Source: Eledone cirrhosa (lineage: Eukaryota). Taken from it: a DNA stretch of 64,000 nt. Made by a program: the position numbers and the translations under genes. The stretch covers positions 72,850,001 through 72,914,000 of the forward strand of contig OZ024745.1 in NCBI GenBank assembly GCA_964016885.1, read 5' to 3'. How positions within the stretch are numbered: position 1 is the stretch's first letter; each line of letters begins with the position of its first letter. The notes below the pieces were generated by a model. It had not been told where the DNA came from, ran no database searches, and saw only the letters and a program-made list of their open reading frames with translations. Positions 54,233-64,000 of the stretch are shown here, piece by piece.

Positions 54233-55689
54233 ATATATATATATGAAAAGATTCAGGACCCCGATGGCTGAGCTCTGGCCGTTTCGGTAGCTAAAGGTTA
54301 AAATAAGAGACAAACTTGTAAAAAACAGGTCCTGGACTTGATATAATCAACTAAATACACTGCTCCAGCAAGGCTGCAGCCTACAACTAAAATCACTTTA
54401 CAAAATGAAGAAATTATTATTCCTATTGCTATTAAAGATTGGCAGAATCAGTAGAGCACTGAAGAAATAACATTTGCAGTATTTTTTCTGGCTTTTTATT
54501 TTCTGAGTTCAAATATCTCCAAGGTTAAGTTTGCCTTTCCTCCTTATGAGATCAATAAAATAAAGTACTAATTAAGTGCTTTCTTTCCTCCAAACTATGC
54601 TGGTCTTGTACCAAAATTAGAAGTCATTATTGCTATTTCAACTAATTCTTCAAACTCCACAACAAGGCTTTCAAAGAGAAAAATGACTTTGTACAATGTT
54701 TGTACAAAACAAAATAAATTGAAATACTGTGGACTATTTTCCATTTCATATTGATAATGGAAACTTATGGTTTCTATCTTCTAGAGAGAGAAAGAAGAGA
54801 AATTATCTTTATCTTAGTTAATCCAGCAACTGAACTTCTATTGTTCTGTGACTTATTCCAATATCAACAAACAATCTTACGTTCAAATCAAATCAGTTCA
54901 AATTTTTCGAAATTGAGAACAGAAGTAAATAAAACAAAGAACTAGTAAATAATTAGAATAGAATTGCCAAAAACTCAGTGTGTGTGTCCTAAATTTTGCA
55001 AAGTCTATACAAATCCACATTTCTACTCCGATTGACTTCAAACTTGCCTTTATATATTCCTTGAGGTCTAAAGATATTAACTGCAGATTTTATTTTTCAA
55101 TTTTCTGTTGTTAAAGGGATGTTAGGCGCCGGTTATCAATCTCTCTCTCTCTTTCTTAGTCTGTCTTTTTAGATAGAAACATAGCTATAATATCCCTTAT
55201 AATATCTGTCTGTATGTCTGTCTGCATTACGACATTATGACAAACATTGTTCTCATTGCTGACGTATTATCTTCGCTATTTTCCATTCATTGCCAGGGAA
55301 TGTAATCACGAACCAAAGTATCGTCTTCCTGTTTTCCTTCAGTTGCAACCTTTTTTTAAATATTTACTTCTGCGTTCACAGATTGATTTTTTTAGTTTCA
55401 GAATATCCCGTTAAGGGTGAAAGCAGTGATTCTTTGCTTAAACTTTAATCTGTTATTTTAATATATATATATATAATTATATAGTCATGTACAGATATTT
55501 TGTGCATACACAAAAACAAAATATATACAAACGTATTTATTTATTTCAGCTTATCGTCATTGTTACTGCCGATATGCCACCCAAAAAAGTCCCACTACTT
55601 TTGGCACAAGGCCAGTAATTACATAGTCAACGATTTGGGAATCACATGCATCACTGACGAGTTTACTCCTTACTCTACCAGTTAGTCTT

Positions 55690-56390
55690 AGTGTGCTTCG
55701 TCCTGCTTTTAGGTCATGCCTCAAAGGAAGAGATACTCCATTGGCCGAAATACTGCAAAAGCGGCAAAAAAAAGAACAAGGCGGGCAAACGAAACGCCAG
55801 TGGAATCTGCTATTTGACGGTCACAAGAGGCTGAACATACTGCCACCAGAAGAGCAATTGAAACAGATAACCAACGAAACATTCGCCTCACCGTGTCAGC
55901 TTTGCAATGTCTATCAACAAATCCCAGGGTCAGACCCCCTAGCTGTTGCAGGTCGTCTTTTGGAAGAGCCATGTTTTTCACACGGGCAACTATACGTTGG
56001 CTGCTCAAGAGTGGGAAGCAAGACAAATCTCTTTGCATATGCTCGACACAGAAGAACAAAGAAGATTGTGTACAAGGAGGTGCTACAATCATTGTTTAGG
56101 TAGACAAGGCAGAAGGGGATATACACAATTGGCTGAAGAAGGACGAGACTGTTTTAGTAGTACGACCAACGGCTGCTATCACACCAACAGCAGCAAAAGC
56201 AACAACAAAAAAAGAGGGAACCCAATTACATGCTTTTGAAAAATCTTAATGGAAAATGATTTGCCTAAGCACAAAATGTAGACACCATCCCCAGGCCGAG
56301 GTATTCCGTACTTCTCTATACTGTTTCAGAAAGGAGGGATAAACAAGCTAATCTATGTTTAGAAGCCCGAGCAAATCCGGGCCAGGCAAT
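55690..56390 (+). mobile_element. Helitron Rep/Hel (Pif1) C-terminal remnant
   Basis: LEEPCFSHGQLYVGCSRVG...TKKIVYKEVL is the Helitron helicase C-terminus; a hairpin-like gcccgagcaaatccgggc lies at ~56365. Confidence 0.8.
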
Positions 56391-58473
56391 GTCATTTAAG
56401 AGAAATATGGCAAACAAAGGATTAATTTCAACATGGAAAAATAGATGTAAAATGATGATAAAGATCTGTTGTTTGTTTTCAATGAAATTTTTATTTGGAG
56501 AATCTCCAAGCCAAAACAAACTCTTTGTTTCATGATTTTGAAAGTTAGCTTTGTAACAAACATAAGATTATGGTTTTTAGAAAGGAACATACAGGTATAA
56601 AGAGCAACGTTACTTTATATTTAGCTTTAGTGCAGTTACAATCATTCATGTTGTGTCAGTGAAACTGTTGATATATTAATCAATATCAAAGAAAATCATC
56701 TATTGGTGCAAATTTGGCAATTAAGGCAGCCAGAAAATACTGATTAAAAGAGCCAACTAAGTAGAAATTGTGGTGATTGTTCAACTGGTATGATATTTTG
56801 AAGCATTATAATGCCAACACTATTTTAGAATAGAAAGAGAAAGCAAGAGTGACCAGGTCAACACCTATCCTTCAGCATTATTAACCCTTTCATTTGAAGA
56901 CTTCCACCCTACTCTCATCTTATTCTTGACTATTTGGTAGAATGATTAGGAATATTTTAAAAAAATTCTATGTAATGTTCTATAAAGAAAAAAAAATGAT
57001 TTGTGAAAATTTCTTTCCTGTAACATTGTGCAGTGACATTTTCATTACATAGCGGGAGTGATCCAATAGCATACAGAAAGAAACAAACACCTTACTAATA
57101 GAATACCAGCTGTTGTTATTTATAGGCAATAATATCAGGAATTTTGATTTGATCTTTTTAGACATCTTTGAAAGAAATGTTTATTTTATCGAAAATAACA
57201 CTTCATCTTCCTCACTCATTTATTCCCAAGAGGGTCATGGGGGAAGAGTCCTCAAACAATCCTTCCAGCAGGTCCTGACAGATGCCACAATCTCCTGCCG
57301 GTTGGTTTTGCCCATAACATTTCTCTAATAATTCTTTCCTGAGACATTCTAACCACATGGCCATAGTATCGGAGCTGTGATCTCTCAATTTGGAGATGTA
57401 GTGGTTTTACCTGAAGTGACTCTCTGATCTCCGAGCTATGCACTCTATCAATTAACATTACTCCAAAGACCAATGCTTTGAAAACAAATTGTGTAATTTT
57501 TTCTTTATTTTTTTTATGTTCATAACTAAAGGATTTAGAAAATGATTTCCAGTAGATCAAACAATAAATACACATATATATATATATATATGGTCCCATA
57601 ACCTAGAGCACTTCTTGGTCATTTTTAAGACTAGCTAAGCCCATCCTTCTCCAGGCCCGAGTACAGCAGATTTCTTCCAGAGAAGGATAGAATGTGAGAA
57701 AGAGGAAGTGAGAAAGCGAAATAGAAAAAGAATCAGCCCTTATACTAAACTGGTACTTTTTCATCAACCTTGAAATGAGGAAAGGCAAAGTTGACCTAGG
57801 TGGGATTTAAACTCAGAGAGTAGAGATAGAAGGAATTCTATGATTTTTATAAGGACTCTGTAATTTCGCTGCCATAGATTCAATGATATGAACTGAAAAT
57901 TATATATTAACTGTTTTAAGAATATTCAAATGGGAAAAGGATGCTTAAAAGCTGAACTAACATAAGTGGCTACAATAAACAGAAGGAGTAAGATACTTTT
58001 AGACTTTATGTCGAAAGATTAGTAAATTTAGGGGTTAAGATGCAAGAATGAAGCCCTCTCCATATATTAAAAAATCATGTTTTCAAGAGGCCTAGTTCAA
58101 GTTTCTTGGCATTGATAGAATGAATCTTCTAATAAGAGAAACAGTAGTAATAGCAGCTAAACCACCAACTTAACCGCACCTTCAGAATATTTTCAAACTT
58201 GAGAGAATTTTAGACTAAATGAGTAGACATCAAAGTATACACACACCTAAAACATATTAATAGAAATAAGAAAATATATGAATGGACATTGTTGCATGAG
58301 TGTGATAGGGATAGGAATCAAATCTCTCTCTCAAATCACATTCTATTGTCTTCAAAAAAGAAAACATGGCATATTGTACTCTGAGATACACTATAGATGA
58401 AAAGCAAAATCTGGAAATGGTTGGAATATTTTGGTCACATAACTACTCAATCAGGGCAGAGGTGGGGCTAAAC

Positions 58474-58637
58474 CAGGAGTGGGCAACATTTTTCAAGCAG
58501 TGGGCCACATAGGATGTGGCTCATCATAAGGCAGGCACACTACTAAAAACATTCAAGGCAATTTTGAAATTAGGCATGCCATTCAGAAAATCAAACAGGC
58601 TGCATGTGGCTCGCAGGCCGCAGTTTGCCCACGACTG
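58474..58637. mobile_element. hAT-type MITE with a perfect 8-bp TSD
   Basis: GGCTAAAC-caggagtgggcaa...ttgcccacgactg-GGCTAAAC. Confidence 0.85.
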
Positions 58638-58768
58638 GGCTAAACAGTAACAACAAATATACACATACCTCAATGAAAGAAATATATTTTTTTAATATTT
58701 ACTTTATTATAAAGACAATAAGTAGATTTTCCTAAGGTATATTTCATAACCAAAAGCATAATTCTTAC

Positions 58769-58914
58769 CTGCAGTGTATCACAATGGGTCCAATGTTCTT
58801 CAGCATTAGACGTACAGTTCTCACAAACATAACAACTGCCTCAGGGCTGCTTGGAACTTCAAAGCCTGGCCATGATGTGAAGTGAAAATGATACAAATGG
58901 CGAACTTGATGTTG
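58769..58914 (-). CDS. Protein tyrosine phosphatase exon (WPD-loop to catalytic Cys)
   Basis: tcttgcAG|[48 protein letters not shown](S)|GTAAG; 146 bp; splices in frame to 52748. Confidence 0.95.
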
Positions 58915-58979
58915 CTGCAAGAGGTCAATAATAGAAATTTACAAACACATATTTATGAGTTTGTAAATTATGTTCATAA

Positions 58980-59022
<43 letters not shown>

Positions 59023-59106
59023 TATATATATTTATAAATAGCTTAGAGTTTAGACTCAGAGAGGTCATTTACAATCATTTCAGCTCTAGGAATCGCTTCT
59101 GAGCAG

Positions 59107-59445
59107 TATAAATTAATATTTGATGAACATTTACATGTTATAGTTGCAATTGACTAATAAGATCGCTAGAGTGAAAAATCTTAATTCAACAACATAAGGT
59201 CTGCCTGTACGATCTAGAAAATAATAAATCAATACTCACAGACTCATATGGGCAAAAAGCTTGGTACCTAGACACGTTTAAAATTCAAAATACAAGGTAT
59301 ATTTTTGAGTCTGTGAGTATTGATTTATTATTTTCTAGATCGTACAGGCAGACCTTATGTTGTTGAATTAAGATTTTTCACTCTAGCGATCTTATTAGTC
59401 AATTGCAACTATAACATGTAAATGTTCATCAAATATTAATTTATA
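59107..59445. repeat. Near-perfect fold-back inverted repeat (~140-bp arms, ~60-nt spacer) within (TA)n
   Basis: 59107-59246 is the reverse complement of 59306-59445. Confidence 0.92.
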
Positions 59446-59465
59446 TATTTATATATATATTTATA

Positions 59466-59509
<44 letters not shown>

Positions 59510-60395
59510 CGTGGAAGATGGACATTAAACGATGATGATGATGATGATGATGATGATGTGTGTAAATATATATATATATATCATCATCATCATGTTTTCC
59601 TTCGGATGGTGATTTCACAGCTTACCTTTACCGCTTACCTGTTGTTTGGCCAGCCTACCTTCTTTGACTGTGGCGAGAGGGGGGGGGGGGGTATCTCATT
59701 TGTTTTCAGGTCCTTCTGGGTTTCCGTAGACCAGTTGCGGTCACTTTTCGTGCTTTCTTCCTTTTCTTTTTCTTTCTCTATCTTTTTCTTCCTTGAGGAC
59801 ACGGCTTAGCATGGCCAGGTGTGGCGCTGTGAGGACACAGGCCCTCTCGATTTCTCTTCTTTTCCTCTCTATTTGCACCAAAGTCCTATGAAAGCCATGG
59901 CTCTTCAAAGTCTCCGCAATTATTTTGGTTGATGTCAACCCATCAGCCAGGCTCCAACCCTTGATCAACACCTCTAGTTCCATTTTTGTCCAATTTCAAG
60001 GGTAGGGAAATGGAGGGAGAGTGGTAAGGGTAGGGAGAAGGTTAAATGAAGAGAGAGAGAGATAAATCCAGTGAGAAATTCAAGGAGCAATTGAGAGGGA
60101 AACTCAAAATAGTCTCTTTATATTCAGTTATAATATACAGCTCAGAAAAATCTCTTTCCTAGAGCTATTTTATTGTAAGAGAGTATTTTGAGTTTCTAAC
60201 TCAATATATATACCTTTGATATATTCGACTCCGTTAATTTGTTGAGCTAATTCAAATGTCGAGTAAACTGGCTGCTATTTTTAGTGGTGTGAGTTTGTGA
60301 GACACGCTAAGTTCGGATACCGTGTGCATTATTATATATACGCACACTATTCAGTTTTTTAATATACTTAGAAGTGTCCAGGGTACTAATTTTTC

Positions 60396-60471
60396 ACCCG
60401 CTGATGAGCAAGAATTGGTATTCCTCTTCACAATTAATTTTACGAAACAGCATTATCAAAGATGTCTGGGT
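60396..60471 (+). ncRNA. Type I hammerhead ribozyme with GUC triplet
   Basis: acccg-CTGATGA-gcaagaatt...aattttac-GAAA-ca gcattatcaaaga tGTC-tgggt. Confidence 0.75.
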
Positions 60472-60645
60472 AATTGGTAGTTACCACAATTCCAGTTTGT
60501 ATTTACTTTCTTGATTTATTCTTAAATTGAGTCTGGCAAAAACTCGTCTATAGTTAGTATTCTTTTCACCTTAGCGAATCTGGTCTCTTACGATTTGAAC
60601 ACATATATGTATATGTCTGTGTTTGTTTGTTTTTATATTCAGTTA

Positions 60646-60734
<89 letters not shown>

Positions 60735-60984
60735 CATATATAGATGCATGTATATATTTATATATATGTATATGTGATGTGAATGCTGATATTTAAATTT
60801 GTGCGTATAGCCATATTTCATGATTTGGAAAATCTGTTGAGATAAGTTTAAGTTTGTTTTGATTATCCGGAAATGTATTCACTCACGGCTTAAACGCAGT
60901 AAGACATGTTTAGTTGAATATGCTATATAATTTTGAAAATCCGTTGAGATAAGTTTAAGTTTATTATTATTCGTATCTCTAAAC

Positions 60985-63900
60985 GTGGACAGAGGCTCCG
61001 TAAGCCGTAGTATAGGCAACCCATCTAGGAGAGCTACCACTCCTAATAAATTGGTGCGGGGTAGAGAAGTCCCCTAAGTCCAGTAAGACAACTTCCCTAG
61101 CGCTGGTGGCACGAATAAAAGCACCCAGTCCATGCTGTAAAATGGAGAGGTGGATAGGGCCCCTGAGTCCAGTAAGACAACCTCTCTAGTGCTGGTGGCA
61201 CGAATAAAAGCACCCAGTCCATGCTGTAAAATGGAGAGGTGGATAGGGCCCCTGAGTCCAGTAAGACAACCTCTCTAGTGCTGGTGGCACGAATAAAAGC
61301 ACCCAGTCCATGCTCTAAAGTGGTGCTGGTGTTAGGAAGGGCATCCAACCAGTATATATACTACTGCCAAACACTATGAATGCAACGAATGAAATTTGCA
61401 ACAACTGCGTAAACTGCAATGGCACTAACAATGTTAGGGCTGCGCACAGTAGTGGGGTAGCTGGTGCGGTCATGTGCGAGAACCCCCTGACTGTCATCAA
61501 GCAATCACACAAAAACAACTGCGTAAACAGCAATAACACTAACCATGTTAGGGCTGCGCACAGTAGTGGGGTGGCTAGTGAGGCCATGTGTGAGAACCCC
61601 ACAACCATCATCAAGCAATCGCACAACAGGAAAAAGAACAAGACGTCGTAGTTATAAGCTTTTCTGGGTGGGTATTGATGATGGGTTAGGTGAGGTGGGC
61701 ATATTACTGGCTGAGAGATGGATCAATAAGACAATAAAGGTATTTAGAGTTAGTAATAGAATAATTAAGCTTAGATTAGTTGTAGGCAGGAGACTTCTGA
61801 CAATCATCTCTGCCTATGCTCCCTAGGCAGGCTTAGGTAAAGAAGAGAAAGACGGCTTTTACAAGCAACTTTTACAGACAGCCTCAATGACAGAGGACAG
61901 AGACATCGTTATGCTAGCAGGGGACTTCAATGGACATGTTGGACAGCTCCAGGATGGATACACTGGGGTACATGGTGGGCACGGTTACGGCTCAAGAAAT
62001 GGAGAAGGAGTGAGGCTTCTTGGATTTTGTGATGCAAATGCACTAACCATTTGCAACCTAATAACCTACAAATCAGGCGAGCACATAAGCCAGATAGACT
62101 TCCTGCTAGTTAGACAGCGAGACAGACAGATGGTGTCAAATACTAAGGCATACCCTGAGGAAGAATGTACCCCACAGCATAGGTTAGTCGTTAGTGACAT
62201 CTCAGTAAGCAAGAGAAAGATTAAGACATACAGGAAGGTGTGGGAAAAAAAAAGTCTGGAAGCTAAAAGACCTTTCATTAAAATATAAATTTAGCAAAGC
62301 CCTTCAAGATGTGTATGACGAAAAAGAAAACGATTTAGAGTTGTATGACATAGATGATAACAGGAATTTCTTGCATGACAACTTACTGCAGGCTACTGAA
62401 GAAACTTGTGGTTGGGGCAGAGCTTCAACCAGACAGAGAGTGACCTGGTGGTGGAACAGCACGATGGATAGGGCCATTAGAGACAAGAGACTGGCATGGA
62501 AAGCTTGGAAAAATGATAGGAGTAGAGACGGATACACAGCCGCTAAGAGAGAAGCTAGGGAGGGTGAGAGTAGGAGATTTGCCAATGTTCTGCGACAGGA
62601 AGATCAGAGACGTGCGGTGTTCCGCATTGCAAAGCAGTGTGTCAGTGCAAATCAGGATGTTGTTGGAGATAAATGTGTCCAGAATGATGCCGGTGCACTT
62701 AGTGTCACGAATGATCAGAAAAAGGAGGCCCGGAAATGTCACTATGAGAGACTAATGAATGTGGAGAACGAATGGGACAGAGAGAAATTACCCCCAGTAG
62801 ACCCAACAGAGGGACCAGCTATCGAGATTGACGAATATAGGGTACAAGAGGCAATTAAGGAAATGAAGAATGGTAAGGCTGCTGGACCGGCGGGGATAGT
62901 TGCTGAGATGCTGAAGGCATCAGGAGAAGTAGGCACTAAACTGGTTGCACGCATCATCAACCAAGCTATATATAATGGTGTCATACCCAAAGACTGGTGC
63001 AGCAGTATTCTCATAAATTGTTACAAAGGTAAAGGGGGTGCTCTGGAGAGGAGCAATTATAGGGGCATAAAGCTGATAGATCAGGTTATGAAAGTAGCAG
63101 AGAGAATATTAGTGCAACTGATTAGAGAAAGGGTCAAATTAGATGAGATGCAGTTTGGTTTTGTGCCCCGGAAAAGTACGACAGATGCCCTCTTCATAGT
63201 GAGGAAAACTACAAGAGAGGGTCTTAGAGAAGAATAAGCCACTAGACTTAGCTTTTGTTGACTTAGAAAAAGCCTTTGATAGGGTACCCTGATCTGTCAT
63301 CTGGTGGTCCCTAAGGAAACTAGGTGTAGAGAAATGGCTTGTGAGGACAGTGCAAGCTATGTACAGGGGTGCTGTCAGTAAAATGAGAGTACGCATGGAG
63401 TTTAGTGAGGAATTCCAGATACAAGTAGGTATACATCAGGGTTCAGTCCTTAGTCCGCTCTTGTTCATTAAAGTCCTCCAAGGCATAACAGGGGAATTTA
63501 AGACTGGATGCCCATGGGGACGTCTCTATACTGATGATCTTGTTCTTATAGCAGAATCAGTAGAGGAGCTAGAGAATAAATTCAGGCTATGGAAACAGCA
63601 GTTAGAATCAAGAGGTCTGAGAGTGAACATATCTAAGACACAAGGGTTGATAAGTAGAAGAGAGGACAATACCTTGATTCCATCAGGGAAATGGCCATGT
63701 TCGATATGTAGGAAAAGAACTGGCATAAATTCCATAAAATGTACGCAATGCAGATCTTGGGTACACAAGAGATGTAGTTGGATAGCAGGCAAACTAACAG
63801 GTAAGGAAAACTACGTATGCAGTAGATGTACCGGGAAAGTTGGCAGTAGTAATCGCAGTGATAGACGCATTTTTCAAATGTAGGTGGGTTCTATAGAAGT

Positions 63901-64000
63901 AGTTGATAGCTTCCGGTACCTAGGTGATCAGATTAGCATGGGAGGGGCGTGTTTCGAGGCCATAGTGTCTATAATAAGGACATGTTGGAAGAAGTTTAGG
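60985..64000 (+). mobile_element. Near full-length RTE LINE (APE-RT-PHD-like), multiply disrupted, running off the window
   Basis: 5' UTR with ggcaacccatctaggagag and 3x ~88-bp repeats (61071-61320); IISAYAP*, GDFNGHVG, SQIDFLL, PQHRLV, KAAGPAG, YRGIKL, KAFDRVP*, QGSVLSP, LYTDDL, then a C4HC3 finger. Confidence 0.92.

Noticed and set aside
59110-59235. Hammerhead in the arms of the 59-kb palindrome (TTGATGA...GAAA)
   Set aside because: The core lacks the conserved C and no convincing stems I/II could be paired.

Overview
AT-rich, microsatellite- and transposon-dense animal genomic DNA. The SINE/RTE/Penelope repertoire and long (TA)n runs suggest a cephalopod (Octopus-like); this is inference. 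Most ORF-track entries are microsatellite or antisense artefacts. One host gene is visible: three minus-strand exons (58914-58769, 52748-52613, 50153-50050) encode the C-terminal half of a classical protein tyrosine phosphatase domain, probably an R3-type receptor PTP. Its HCSAGVGRTG signature is intact, but the WPD loop reads WPG. The rest is mobile DNA: a near-complete Tx1/L1 LINE (1-5035), several Penelope-like elements (PLEs), many RTE LINE pieces carrying a PHD-like finger, tRNA-derived SINEs, Helitron, hAT, Mariner, Chapaev3 and CRE relics, and a 3-kb 34-bp minisatellite. The most notable signal, absent from the ORF track, is about 16 type I hammerhead-ribozyme motifs from several sequence families. 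They occur at PLE termini, in fold-back palindromes embedded in (TA)n, and in a non-coding direct-repeat unit with two hammerheads 576 nt apart (a retrozyme/circRNA-like candidate). All calls were read by eye; no searches or folding programs were run.
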